The notes: generated by a model from the letters alone, not told the origin. Positions 1 through 17,086 are shown, numbered from the whole stretch's first letter. The stretch is DNA of 63,059 nt, filler included, from Collodictyon triciliatum (GCA_043381765.1; 9 parts of 9 records of this genome joined end to end with filler, not necessarily neighbours in it); one strand, 5' to 3'. A program made the numbers and translations.

Positions 1-2
1 AG

Positions 3-3001
<2,999 letters not shown>

Positions 3002-3521
3002 CATAATGCTCTATCCACGAATAAGACTAATAAAAGAAACGCTTTCAATGGTGTTCAGCAGCACCCACTAGATGCGCCGCTTGGTGGGCATCAGTCTTGG
3101 TCTTTTTTTCTTTTTTCCTTTTCTTTTTTCCTTTTTCTTCATAATAGGGCAGGGTCGTTCTGGGGCGTTTGTGATGCTGGCAACTGCCTGTCAATCCGTC
3201 ACTCTTATGTCCAGTCGCGACACTCGTGATATACTCATCGCAAACTCTGATTTCTTATTTGTGGCAAACAGAGAGAAGTGGAGAAAAAGCACGGTTGACT
3301 GCTTTCAAGTCGATTGTTTATTCCAGCGAAGAAAAGGAGACGACATAAAGAGTGTGCACGACGCAACTGTCGAAGCCCCGGCTTTAGAGTCGACGAGCTC
3401 CGATTAAAACTGTATATTCAAGTGTGGTTGCTTTTCTCTTCCCTACAAAGTTTGTAGAAAAAGTTGTTTTTTTTTTTAAAAAAAAAAAAAAACAGGAGCA
3501 CAACAGAACAGCCGACTTCGA

Positions 3522-5171
3522 ATGCAAGAGGACTTCTTTGACGCAAAGCTTTTTCTTAATCAAGAGTAAGTGGTTGTTTTCCTTTGCCATTCTTGAGCTC
3601 TTTTGGTCTCGACTCTTGTCAGGGACTGCCCTTAACACTCTCTCTCCCTCCTTCCCTCTGTCAGTAAATCGAAGCAAAAGTTGTAGAGAACTGTTGAGAA
3701 ACTGGGACTTCATAACCTGACCCGCCTTTGCTCTTATTCGCGCAGGTATTCTGTGCGTCGTTACGAATACAATGAATTCTCTGTAAGCATATCCTGCCTG
3801 GACTCATCCTCAAGTAAGTCTTGTGCCATTTCATATTCCTGCTGTACATGATGCTGCTTTTCTTCTGCCTTTTTACTTATGTTTATCTTTTTTCTTTCTT
3901 TCTTTCTTTCTTTAATTAGGATTTTTAGACATTATTGACCCAACCTCTGAACTTTCATCCGTTTTCTTGAATGTTTCTTGAATAATTACTGGTATATTAT
4001 TTTAGCCGACTTTGACCTCACCGGGCAGATTTTATGGCCTGCTGCTGATGTGCTGTCATATTACATATCCACACACCCAGAGACATTTATTGGGAAGCGA
4101 GTCTTAGAAGTTGGCGCAGGGGTCGGGCTCTGTGCTCTGATGATTGCTAAATATTGCGGGCCGGCCCATGTCATGCTTACCGACCACAATGATGTTGTCA
4201 TGGATATTATTCGCACGAACATGGAAATCAATGCTCCTTACAGTGAGATACATGCTGCACCCAGTTTTCTAAGCCCTGTTTTTTTATTATGCCATTTTTT
4301 CGCTTTTGAATATTTGTGATTGGTTCTTACATTAAAAATACCATCATTATGATTATTGCAGATTGCGATGTCTCTGAAATGACGCTGGATTGGAAGGAAT
4401 GTGAAATATCAACCCTTCAACCGAAATCATACGACCTCATCGTTGGCTCGGATATTTTGTTCGTCTATACATTAGTTGAATTTCGATATTTTGTATGTGT
4501 GACCAAATAATGAAGTGCTTTTATCCTTTATTCGATTCGAAGTCCAAATAATGAAGTGCTATTTAATCCGTGAATACATTCATATTCTCTTGCATGTACT
4601 CGTATCCTAAACTTTCATCGTTGGATAGATTTTGGCCCAATTCTGTGCAGCCCCTTGTTGAGACGGTCGATCGGTAAGTAGATGGGCGAGAAATATAACA
4701 TGTGGCATCTGATTAGTATCGTTTGATAAGCGAACCAAAAGAAGATAAAAGGCTGAAATGATACATACCTGATCTGATTTAGCCCAGATGCGTTGCTTTA
4801 CTCACCCATGCCCAAACAGCTTCTTGTCAGAGGACGCCAACGCTAGATTCATAGTCGCCTTCCGCCCGCGCAACATGCTCGTCCATAATCTTTTTCTTGA
4901 TGGAATATCATCCAAGGGATGGGCCATTCAGCAAGGTGAAAACTCTATATGTTCGGCATCCGCTATGTCCATTTTGAGGACAGCTTCGGTTTGTGGGAAA
5001 ATCTGCGAATGAAAGGTGTGGTACACCCAACGCAAACCCAAGCACCCAAGGGAAGCTAGTTGTCAAAATGTCTGACTATATTTTAATCTTTATTTCATAT
5101 CAGAAAACATCAGCAAGTGGATGCCTGAATTGCCCCGGGAGGAGGTCATACTCTACATAATCAAAAGATGA
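3522..5171 (+). CDS. Family-16 (METTL21/EEF1AKMT-like) SAM-dependent protein methyltransferase, multi-exon
   Basis: MQEDFFDAKLFLNQE|YSVRRY...TDFDLTGQILWPAA, motif I RVLEVGAGVGL, MLTDHND, LDW, YDLIVGSDIL; ends VILYIIKR* (TGA 5169-5171). Confidence 0.88.
4503..4560 (-). mobile_element. Tail-only (24 bp) antisense insertion of LINE family A with a perfect 17-bp TSD, in a methyltransferase intron
   Basis: CCAAATAATGAAGTGCT at 4503-4519 and 4544-4560 flanks the reverse complement of ACTTCGAATCGAATAAAGGATAAA. Confidence 0.85.
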
Positions 5172-5416
5172 AGAGTGGAACGATACCTATTTTTCTCTTC
5201 TTTTTTTTTTCAACCGGGATACTCGCAAGATATTGAAGAAATTGATAATAATTCATAAACAAACCAGGATAAATCGTATAATAATACTACATCACTACAT
5301 GAAAATATATTATCTACAAGTATCAACCTTATTTTTTTATACTTGAAGAGCAAATGCGGATACCATCAGTAGTGCGTTTACTCCTATTACCTCCTCGCCG
5401 CTGAAGACAAACAGAG

Positions 5417-5723
5417 ATGGTGCGTGATATTTGCGCGCAGGAAAAGAAGCCGTGTTCCCACACGAGAACCTTAGGTACCGGCTACTATCCATTTGAGGAT
5501 TTCTTTGCAATTGGGAATTCCGCAATTAACGGTGGCGATAATTTCTTGTTTTCTCCACAAATGTCACCAGTAAGGCAACAGCAAACTCCCGCGTTGATCG
5601 CCCCCGTCATTCCCTACTCGTACAGCAATCAATCAACCGCGTCCCTTTTGTGCTGTTGGCGGCATCGACTGATAGAGACACCCAAAGGGTTTCTATCACC
5701 GAGCTTTCTTTTCCTCACATGAT

Positions 5724-5769
<46 letters not shown>

Positions 5770-6050
5770 TCTCTCTCTCTTTTCTTTTTTGGCCTTATGT
5801 CTAGGGATGGATGGATCCGAGAGTCAGCGGGTGTTTGTACAGCCAAAAGGGAAGAAACTTCGCTCGCTTGAGAGACAGAACTCTTACATCACCACAAGGA
5901 CAACACAGTCCGGAAAGAATGCAGGGTCGATCCAGGGCGACTCCGAAGCCTCTACAGAGGATAATTCAGTTGATGGTCTTTTACGGGCGTGGGATGGAGT
6001 GTCGATTAACGACAGCTTCAGAAAGCGGGGGTTTATGAATAAGTTTGAGT
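5417..6050 (+). CDS. Possible small hypothetical protein (2-3 exons)
   Basis: GC-richer exon-like blocks (GYYPFEDFF; DGSESQRVFVQPKGKKLRS) separated by a polypyrimidine tract and TAG acceptor. No recognisable family. Confidence 0.3.
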
Positions 6051-6779
6051 TTTTTAGTTTTGTTTGTGTTTTTGTGTTTTTGTGTTTTTGTGTTTTTTGT
6101 GTTTTTTGTGTTTTTTGTGTTTTTTNNNNNNNNNNNNNNNNNNNNNNNNNNNNNNTGTTTTTTGTGTTTTTTGTGTTTTTTGTGTTTTTTTGAGAAGAGT
6201 AAAAATGAAGAAACAAACACGATAAAATTGTAAGTCTTTTTTGAACAGCTCATAAAAATAAATAATAATACTTCATAGTCAAGAAAATTACAAAAGCTAT
6301 CAATTCATACTTAAAATGATAAATAAACATATGTATAGGTATTGTATCCATATAAAGTATGAATATTGATTCCTGCAACTACACACTCGAGAAAGATAGG
6401 AGAAAGAAGCAAAAATTAAAAATCAGAAAAGGAAAATGGAAAGGAAAAGAGAAAGAAAGAAAAAAATCAGGAATTATTGAAAAGAGAAATGTTTATCTGT
6501 TTAAAAAAAGAGAGAGAGAGAGAGAGAGAGAACCCCATGCAAGAGGAAAATATTACCTCAGGCTCAGCTGTGAGGACTAGACTTGATTGATCGATGACAA
6601 TTTTTCCATTGATGAACTAAGAGATAAGGCGAATGTAATCATTTTTAAACAATCGTTTCTGTTTCAATGGCTTTTTTTTTTTCATGGTCTACAATTCTAA
6701 CTAATGATAAGTCATTGAAATCAACTTGAAAACAGTAATCGTAACAATACAGCAAGGGATGATAATAATCAAAATAAAA

Positions 6780-6922
6780 ATGAGAATGAAAATAGGAATG
6801 AGAATGAGAATGAGAATGAGAATGAGAATGAGAATGAGAATGAGAATGAGAATGAGAATGAGAATGAGAATGAGAATGAGAATGAGAATGAGAATGAGAG
6901 TGAGAATGAGAGTGAGAATGAG
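6780..6922. repeat. (GAGAAT)n microsatellite at a contig end
   Basis: Tandem hexamer running into the gap. Confidence 0.9.
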
Positions 6923-6929
6923 ATGGAGA

Positions 6930-7029
6930 NNNNNNNNNNNNNNNNNNNNNNNNNNNNNNNNNNNNNNNNNNNNTTAATTAATTAANNNNNNNNNNNNNNN
7001 NNNNNNNNNNNNNNNNNNNNNNNNNNNNN
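6930..7029. other. Artificial contig linker N-TTAATTAATTAA-N (also near 13981, 21007, 28029, 35044, 42060, 49075, 56090)
   Basis: Identical palindromic all-frame-stop spacer embedded in N runs about every 7.0 kb. Confidence 0.97.
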
Positions 7030-8581
7030 CATTGACATATTAGTGCTTAACTTATTTTTTGTAAAAAAATAATTCTGTTTTGTATCAGGCAGTTTTAAAA
7101 ATAAATCAAGAATAACTTAATGAAAAACAAACTACCTCGATATATAGACTTAAATAATAAAGCTAACACGATGTAAATAAACTTTTGTTGACAATAAAAT
7201 CTAAATAATCGTGTAAAGTGCATTCAAGTTTCAATCTAGCGCATTTTATTATCAAGTGATCAAGAATAACATAGCCAAATTTCGAACAAATTGGCTTCAC
7301 TCTTATAATTTTGGATATAAACCATGGTAATAAAGCTTTATTACTTCTCATAGGGAGCTGGCTCTATAATTTTTGGATGAATAATGAAGTCATATAGAAA
7401 ACCAGTCAATGATGTGTGAACCTTGCCTTAACTCGAACCTAAATACAGAAGAGAAAAGTGAGACACTGATAAAATTCGGAACCAATTTAGAGATGCAAGG
7501 GATGATATCTATTATTTGTGTCCTTGTCGCCAGAAGTATGAGTAATTTTTGCATTTAATCAAAGTTGAGAATTTCCCAGTATTTGTCTACGCTTCAATCT
7601 TTAAACCATACTGTTAGTGTTGCATAAGAATCAACTTAAATATATTTTAAACCAGCCAAGAACTCACGTAACGTGCAAAGAACCAAAGAAAAGTGCAAAG
7701 ACGTTACAATTTTTTGCACTGGAGTGTTTTGTTAGTATGTGGCCAAATGAACCTTACGCTGACACTTTTTGCCGCGGACTTTCATGAGATTCAGTCAAAA
7801 TTGATAAAAAACGTCGAAATTACTCGAATATATTCTAAACACCCGCCAAATTCACTCTAGGTCATGCTCTGAAAGTAACGGACTCGTTTAGCCCATCAGC
7901 TAGGTAGTCTATTCGTAACGCTCTGTTGAAGAGACAGTCGCTAAAATTGCATTTCCATTAGCAAAGTGAATAGCATCGACGATATTCTGTGTGGATTCTC
8001 AAAAAAAAACTGGCATAACGGCCGAAAAATAATATTCAATATATAGTTTTTCTCTTCGTATAAAGCCGTTTTTCTTGTGTATAAAAGAGCTTTTATTTAT
8101 TTAAGCGTGAGTTTATCATATAAGTGACGGTCTATAAATACGGCGATGCATCAAGGAGTCAAATAATTTATAATCTTACTCAATTTTTTATAACAAAATA
8201 CATTATTTCAACACCACGGAAGAAAGTGATAGAATAAAAAATTGAAGCAAATCAAGAGAAATTGAGACATTACAACATCATGCAATAAAAAATTAAAATA
8301 AATTTCAATATTTGCGTTAATTGACCATCGTTCTTTGTATTCGAATAATATTGATATATAATTTTTAATAATTAAAACTCGAAAATCATCAAATTCATAA
8401 AATATTAATAGAAAATAGGATAGAAATGAATTCCTCAGTTATTTTTCTAATAATTATGTAAATATCGATTTTTTGGATACCAAATTTTCATTTTTCATTA
8501 TGGTTTAAGAGTTTTAATATTGAATGTAGTGAATATTCGCTCAATTTTTTAATCCGGTGAAATACCCAGATATTTTGGAAA

Positions 8582-11500
8582 ATGACCACCCGCACACAAG
8601 ACAACAAGCCGCGTATTTCACTGGCTTCTGATGAATCCTCTGGTCCAAAAGACCCAAACAATAACGCCTGGGCTGATGTGATTTTTGCTTATATAAACTT
8701 GATTTTCATTTTAATAATGAAATTAAAATGTTTTTCAGTTATATAAATTTGAAAATAAAGGATCTTTAGATTTAATTGTGATATTAAAATTATATATGCA
8801 TTTTAAAAACCAGGCCGAAATGAAGAAGAGCATTCAACGCACTATATCCCTGCGTAACTCGATTCTATTGCTTTCCTTTGTCTCAGTCGTCTCAGTTGCC
8901 CTGGTGAGCGTTGTGCCCTCCTATACCTTCGGCTTCTCGGTTAGTATATTTTACACTTTATCATTTTTCATGTTTTCGGTTTATCAGATATAAAAATACG
9001 TATATGTAAATTTTTTAAATATGGAGACTGAATCTGTAAACGGATAAATCCAGTCTGTGAACGATATTTCCAACCAGCTTCAGACACAGGTATTCACATC
9101 AATTTTATTTATATCACCAATTATTTAATAGATTTATTTGATAGAAATATTGTGCCAAATGCTATGCCAAATGTTGCACTGAATATAATTAAATCTATTT
9201 TAGACCGTGGAGAGAATAAGACAAGAAATTCAAGCATCTCTTGACATTCCCCATGAAATGCTGCGTGGATTCGAGGCAACACTATTTCAAATGGATTTAG
9301 AGACCAACGGACTCAGTTGTGACAACTTTGCTGCACGTTTAATGAATATTGGAATTGTAGAGGTGGTGATTTTACTTCAATTAACACATATTTTTATATT
9401 TATGTTTCGAATAACTTACTGAGTGGGCATAAATAGAAATCAACTGCGTTTTCTCAGGCATTTTTTGGAGTAGAAGATGGAAGTGCTGCTGGTGATGTTT
9501 CTATTAACTATTTTAAGTCCAGAAAAATTTAATATCATTAACTTACGTAATTTATGTAGTGAGATTCCAAAGGAAAAATAATTTTATAGGTATCGTTAAG
9601 GATAGAGGACCTACTTCCTGGGCATGTGCTTCACCAGAGACCAACTTCGAACTTCGAGATTCCCTGGTCACAAGAGCAACAATTATGACTCCTTTTTCTC
9701 AGCTACTTATTAGAAATAGATCTCCTGGATTTAATTCCACAATAAGGCCGTGGTATATATAATTATAAATCTTTCATTTTGTTCAAAGTTATTAAACTAA
9801 TTGAACATATAATTTTTTCTTTTCAAATAAGTATGTATTCACTTTTCCTAAAATAAAGGTACAGAGCTGCAAAAGGAAAAAGAGGTCCAACATGGACACC
9901 AGTTTACACATTGATTGCTGCAGGTGGTGGAGTCTTAAGCATCGCAGCAGCGAGACCGATTTTCAAGGATCTTAATGACTGTATGCGCTTATCAGAAATT
10001 TAGAAAAAAATATGCCTTATTCATGAAAAATTTCTACTAATGACAGAAATGCACAAATATAGCGAAAATTATAGGAGTAGCAGTCGTTGGTATGAATCTG
10101 GACTTAGTTCAAGCAAAACTTAAAAGTATCAAAACAAGCGATAATGGAGAAGCTTACATACTACAAAAGGTTTGCCAGTAACTTTCACTGATAGAATTAC
10201 AATAATTTACAAAAAAAAAAGTGATCATAGAAACCACAATTTAATCGATTTTAACTCAAAAGGACGGTAGCATAATTGCAAATACCTTGGACGTTCCAAT
10301 TATCGATGAAAATAAGAAAATGGTGCCCTACAAAAACTCCAACAATCAACTTATGATTAAATCTGGAAATGTGAGAATATATTTCTTGGAACCTATTTAG
10401 CTGTATTCTTATATTTACTCTTAATTCCATCCCAGAAAAATTAATTTTATGATTGAAAAACATATTTATAACTTCTTCATATGTTAATGTAATTTGGAAA
10501 TAAAGAAACTCCAAAAGAATCCAGATGGGAGTTTTGTGGCTATCAAAGGTATCCGAAAATTTTCTACATACAAGGGTGACAAAGAGTATCTTACTTTTGC
10601 ATCAACACTGGTCGACCCGAGAGGTGGAATAGAATGGGTAAGCATGTAATATATTCTTGTTATAGATTATGCGTAGAAAATAATGTTGGAATAAAATTGC
10701 TGCTCGCTTATTGAAAATATTCCTAGACTGTTGTCATCTTGATTCCCCGTAGTGACATCTTTTCGAAAGTTGACAGTATGATTGTGCTTTCCTCATCACT
10801 TACAGCAGCGCTGTTTGTTGTCACACTGATTGTCACAATGGTTGTGTCTACATACATCAGCAGGTATATATTGAATAAAAATGAAATACTGGGTAATTCT
10901 GTCCATTGAAATCATGGGTGAATGTTGGATATAGAGATAATTCGATTGCCTTTTAATAATATTAGGCCTTTGAATGTCGTTGCAGATGCCATGCAAAATA
11001 TCTCCAGGCTTAACTTCGATAAGAGAGCATCGGTGAACACCGATTACAAATATTTGAAATCTTCCATCAATTTTAAAAATCACCGAATATCAAGTGCATC
11101 AGAACTTACTCAATAAGCTGATCAAATCATGCAGGGAGATTCTAGCTCTACCTTGCGCGAAATTCGTATGATTCAGTCCTCATTCCAGGCAAGACACTTT
11201 CTATTGAGAACTGGTATCCTGTTGAAATATACCACCGAAACTCCCAGTATAATTTATATTCTTTCAATAATATCCCAGGTAATGGACACAGCCTTGCAGT
11301 CGTTCGGCAAATTTGTGCCCATGGCGGTGGTCAAGAGAATCGTCGCAGACCCAAGCAATCAAGGCCAGCTTTTCTTGGACCGTAGAAACGTGACGGTGAT
11401 GTTTACAGGTATTTTTGTAGTCAAACGGATGCAACTGAAAACCAAAATGCACATTATCAAGTTGATTTATAATATTATAAGTACAACTTTGTAAAAAAAA

Positions 11501-12694
11501 TATTCATTTATATTTCACATATTAACTTTTTATGAAATATTTTTCATCTATAGACATCGAAGGGTTCACCACCTTGTCAGAGTCCATATCAGCAGAGGCA
11601 CTTGTCGAAATACTTGCTGACTATCTGGAAGAAGTCTCTAGCATCATCATAGCCACAGGAGGGACGGTTGTTGACTTTATAGGTGATGCGGTTGTGGTGA
11701 GTTGATGAATTACTTCAGAGTCCTTGATATTCAAATAATAAAGTATATAAGATTACAAAATTTTTGTATGACCTAAAAATACAGGCAATCTGGAATGCCC
11801 CGACTGATGTGCCTGACCACGCGCTTTGTGCTTCTATCTGTGCTGCTCGCTATACCGTGAGCTTCAAAAGACAATGGCGATATAAGATAGCACCCACTCA
11901 ATTTTACCTTTGATTTTCTAGAAAAATGGACTTATGAGTAAATTAATATTCCGATTCAAATAGCGCGTGCTGACAGAGCTGAACAACAAGTGGCTGTCCA
12001 AAAGACTGGTCAAAGACCCCCTCAATGTTCGCATCGGTATCCACACCGGTCCGGTATATGCTGGCAATATCGGGTCATCCAAGCGCATGAAATACGACTC
12101 TATAGGAGATACGATGAATCTAGCATCCAGGTAAAAAAATCATTCACTAACGTTAATGTGCCATATTCGAGTCTATAATGTGAATATGAGGCACGTACTA
12201 TTGTAACTGATTTTTTTTTTCAAGACTGGAGGGCTTGAACAAGAGATACAAGACCAATGTCATTATCAGTGAAGAGACACGCAACTCTATTCAGCCTCGC
12301 ATGATATCACGACCGCTGGAGTACGTGGTAGTCAAGGGAAAGTATGCATTCTAAAGGACATTATACTATATCCGATAAACTCATGTATAATAATAATTGA
12401 CAAAATAAATACATATAAAACGATGAACTCAGGACAACTCGCACACAAATCCATGAGCTCCTTGTCGACACACAAGAGAGCGGAGAGCAAGAAGTCAGCA
12501 AGGCGAACGCCAAACAGACTGCCTCTGTATCGTTCCAGCACTTCACGCAAATGACCAGTAGCCAGAAGAATGACGTCATTGGGAATCTGAGCGACTACTG
12601 CGACACCAATCCGACTGACAAGCCGATGAAGGTGCTTCTGGGTATTGTGAGTGCCCCAAACTATGATGGCGTGACTGTTCTGGACGACAAGTAA
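8582..12694 (+). CDS. Membrane class III adenylate/guanylate cyclase with TM-Cache-TM-HAMP-cyclase architecture, many exons
   Basis: N-terminal TM (SILLLSFVSVVSVALVSVVP). Cache-like FNSTIRPWY, WTPVYT, ARPIF, GVAVVGMNL and W|TVVILIPRSDIF. Second TM, then HAMP PLNVVADAMQNISRL...LREI...ALQSFGKFVP. Cyclase motifs VTVMFTDIEGFT, FIGDAV, WNAP, RIGIHTG, GNIGS, GDTMNLASRLEGLNK, VKGK. Stop TAA at 12692-12694. Confidence 0.92.
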
Positions 12695-13409
12695 AAGGCA
12701 CCGAAAACGGTTCTCATATATCGATACATTCTCATTGTCTGAGCCGTTCTCTTTGAAGCAACTGAGCTGAAATAAAGGCTATTTACCAGAAAGACCCTTG
12801 AGTTGAATGTGTGATTCTTGTATATATTGAAAGCGAAGTCATAAAAATCGTACGAGAGTATGATGTGAATGCCGTAATATCCTCATAACTACCCTGTCTG
12901 CCATATAGCTCTTCTAAGGAGTGCATTTGGTTATTTATGATGCTTATCATGCAGGCAGGCCCAATTATTCTCTTTTCCTACACCCCTGGAAGATTTGCGG
13001 TACACTTTGCTTCTGGTGCGTATAAAACTTAGCAGCTTTTTCGATTGAATAAGATGGAATTCATGGCGTTTCTGTTGGAAAATATATCGTGTCCCACACA
13101 TTATCCTTCGAGTAATAAAATAAAGTATATCAGGAGTACTATTTTGGACATACTACATCAAGGCAAACCCCCTTCTCGATATGGTTGCTATCATACCCAT
13201 TTTTTCCCTAAAAGCCTCAGATACATTTTCTCTAATCTCGCAAACTTCCAGGCAGCAAATCTCTTCATGACCTCATAGGAGATTCACATATTTTTGACTA
13301 CATGTGCAGCACAAAAACTCATGTCTACTAGAGTTTCACAGAGTAATTTTTGATTTTTCCCAACAGTTTATTAAGGTAATACAAATTCGAGGAATTTTCA
13401 TTCTCTTAT

Positions 13410-13936
13410 GGGACAATAATGAGCTGTGGACGAGACAGTAGAAACCCCAGATTGTGTGGCTGGAGGTTTTGTGTTTTGGGTGGAAGGAAAGAAAAATCGA
13501 CTAACAAGATAGAAAGGAGAGAAAATGTTCTCACACGTAGACTAATCTACCCAAAGTGGTTCAGCTCCAACGCGATTTCTGGTTGTGTTCGAGACTGGCA
13601 GAAGAGCGGATAAACTTGTCGGGTCGGTGAAAGTGCACATGACAGTTACTTCTCGAGTCGATTCCGACGAGTCCTTTTAACCGTTTATCTCAGACAAGAT
13701 TTACATCCTATTTCATTCCACAGGACGAGTCTTTTGGGGGGACAACGGGTCACTTTCCTTACGTTTCTTGCTGAGTGACTCCGATAGAAAGCGATATATC
13801 GTTGTTCGTCTGGTATTATCGAAAGTGACGCTTGATCGTCCCCTGGCATCGGGACCATGCGTAGCCGGCAGTGGACTTTGCTTAACCGGAGTATGGATAC
13901 GCGTTTGTGGTTTTAGAAACATACGCTCCTGCTTGC
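13410..13936 (-). mobile_element. Interspersed repeat family C, 3' part (copy 1)
   Basis: High nucleotide similarity to 28808-29340 in opposite orientation; carries the ORF end ...NTRRTTIYRFLSESLSKKRKESDPLSPQKTRPVE*. Confidence 0.8.
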
Positions 13937-14243
13937 NNNNNNNNNNNNNNNNNNNNNNNNNNNNNNNNNNNNNNNNNNNNTTAATTAATTAANNNNNNNN
14001 NNNNNNNNNNNNNNNNNNNNNNNNNNNNNNNNNNNNTTCTTTGTTTTCTTTGTTTTCTTTGTTTTCTTTGTTTTCTTTGTTTTCTTTGTTTTCTTTGTTT
14101 TCTTTGTTTTCTTTGTTTTCTTTGTTTTCTTTGTTCTCTAGTACGATATTTTCTTTCCATTTTGCATCATCCAGAAACAAAATGCGGAATGCGGAATGCG
14201 GAATTAAAAAAAAAAAGACTCACTCGACCTCACAAAACAACAG

Positions 14244-15480
14244 GCGCACAGAGAACTCTTCGATGAAATTATCGAAAAGGAGCCAAACATCGGGCATGTT
14301 CTCCGACAAATAAAGCACGAATATGATATATCCGGGGTTCAAATTCAGGATGGAGGTCTACAGTCGATGTACGAGGAACTTGTGCAATCTCACGCATTGT
14401 TGAAACAAGAATACGAAAAGCTATCCATGGACAACAGTCACGAGCACATATACTCTCGTAAACTGGAGGAAGAAAATGAGGAATTGCTAGCACTTCTTTG
14501 TATTATTTCTTATTGTTTTATTGCTGAGCGCCGAGTTAATTGTGTATACGTTTCTTTTGCTGATGAACTAAGCAACATTGACATCTCCATAACTATTTAA
14601 GATATATTGCGCGCCTTTACAACTTTCTTTATAGGAATGTCAACATTCTCATGTTAACAACACTTCGCCTACCTGCTTAGCTTCGAAGGAGAAGGAAATT
14701 CAACAGTTGAAAGAAAATCTATCATCAACTGACCCGATGTGGCAACATCAGCTAATGCTTCAAGCCAGAATTGATGACTTGGAGGTTCCTATCAATATAA
14801 TTCTTTATCTTTCTGTTGTCGTGTCTTGTTTTGATCTGGTTTGGTTTTCACTCTGTATTTTATACACCTGAATACTTGACCTTCTTTTTCTCTGTGGCGC
14901 AATAAATATTTGTCCGGCATTTAGCCGATGGATTCAAATATTTACCAAGGAAATGAATCTACTTTTAATTTCGTGCCCAATAGCAACGAGAGATTCCATA
15001 TGATTTAAAAGAGAGCCCAGCAGCAACAATGCCAACTTTCAAACGTAACCCAAATATGTAAACTGTATCTCCGCCCGCGCAAACATTAAGTATTATTTTT
15101 AAATATATGCTTTCGCCCAATTATCCTTCCCTCATATAGCTGGAACGACTTATTCCAACCCGAAATCTCTATGGGCTGAGAATCAAGAGCTTGGTCGCAA
15201 GATTATGGAAGTGTCCAATGCAGTAGACCAGGTTATAATCGCTAAAACATCATCATCATCACTAATGATAATCGAATATTTTAATGCATGCAAAAGCTGG
15301 CAGTCTACACCAAGACTATTGATAGTTGATTTGGATTCAAAGAAGTACGTCATATTGAAATCACATATGTGTCTTTTTCCTGTGCCTTAGGTCAAGCGCA
15401 AGGAAAGAGAGTCATACCAGCTGCTTTCGAACGTCTCAGGGGATATCACGTCGATGGTGACGAATAGCAAGCGTGTATAA
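14244..15480 (+). CDS. Coiled-coil protein with a TSNAXIP1_N-like motif, 5' partial, multi-exon
   Basis: ELFDEIIEKEPNIGHVLRQIKHEYD resembles the TSNAXIP1/C6orf118 N-terminal motif. Spliced coiled-coil exons end MVTNSKRV* (TAA 15478-15480). Confidence 0.55.
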
Positions 15481-17086
15481 ATCACGGAGTACACCTGACA
15501 GCGTCGTCTCAAAGGAGATGTCCAGATTCCTTGCACAAAATCTCATTTGTATCTTTCATGCTCTCTCTCCATTTCTCTTTTCTTTTTTCTCCGGTTTATT
15601 TCTTTTTCTGATATTTACCAATTTTTCTCGTTCTTTTCTCTTTTTTTCTTTTTATTCACGAAGCGTCGTATTGGTTCAATTTTACTTCCTTCAACAATAT
15701 GCGCTATTTAAAAAAAATGAGAGTGAAGAAACGAAAATATGGCGAACCATCAATTGGAAAGACTGTTCACTGCTATGAAATGCTACTTGATAATCAGTGG
15801 ATAATAATGGTTTGTTTTACCGTGTGTTCATCATATGCTTACTTGTGTTCAACACTCCATCCCCGCTGTCGAGTGATCACATAGATCCCGCCCTAGTTGG
15901 TGTCCCGATGAGACCTGAATAAATTGGAGGAAGCATTATTTTCTCATGTAGTCAAGGCTCTCTAAACATGAGGATTGCCTGATGGTGGAAAGTTCCTTAA
16001 GTCTTCTGCTCGAACCCCACGCCAGAAAGTGTTGTTCTACACCAAACAGGGGGCTGCCTTTGCGGTTTGGCTTGGTGGTTCGATAATGATTTCTCCAGTC
16101 GGTAGCCCTCGTTATAATGCACTTGATTTCTAATTATTTTCGTTATGCCCTCGACTTGGCGAGTTATTCTTTGGTTCAAACTATCAAAAATGAGAGCGCG
16201 TAATGATTAATTATTATTTCCACATATATGTCATTTCCTACATATTTCTACCAGAATATCTATCTTTGGAGAACACTCGGAGATTTGGCAAAAAAACACT
16301 AATATATTCATCCCAATTCACATCCTATTTTTGGAAAATACAGCTTTTGAGTGCAGACAATTATACTAAAATAGAAAATATTTACGCAGAAATATCCTAT
16401 TTGATTAGTAGTCGGTTGCACCACGAAAATCGCTCTTTATTCATAGAAACAGCCCGTTTCTGGACATATTTTCCTCGGCAATACAGGCTGCTGAAAGCCT
16501 CGGAACAACAAAATCTGACTCTTACTCAGCATTGCGCCCCACGCTGGTTAGTTGAGGTATTTGGCAGTCGCCATGATTGCGAGTTGGGAGAGTCGGGAAT
16601 GTCTGGGCCGCCCTGCCTGCCCCTTGGAGCGCGTTGTGGGCTAAGGCCATGTCTGCATCTAAGTATACCCATGCATCTATCTTACTCCGTCACAAGAGCC
16701 CGACCCAGCTTGTTGGTATATCGAATACTCATGGCCGGCGGTCTGCCGCTCTAAAATTCTCTGCAGTTAGACCTGTGGCTCGGAAGGCGGATCGGCTATC
16801 GGTCTCGGCTGCTGCGCTGTCTGTGTTGCAGTAGATCCACTCGTCTTTCATGATCGCGGGCCGCGGCCTCATTTCTCTGGCTGGCGTGCTCGTATTTCTT
16901 TCAGCTCCCGTCCAGTTGTTCGCTTTGCTCTATTCCAAATGGCAAAATCTGCGAATTATGTGCGGTAGCAGAAAAAAAAAGCGACAAAAACTAATAAATG
17001 TAAGAAAAATTGGGATATTGATTAAATAAAAAAATAAACATCTAATCCTTCGTTAATAGCTCCTTTTTTTTACTTTTCGTTTCGGT

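Noticed and set aside
16500-16940. GC-rich block with broken ORFs, possibly a LINE ORF1 relic
   Set aside because: No diagnostic motif or second copy found in the window.
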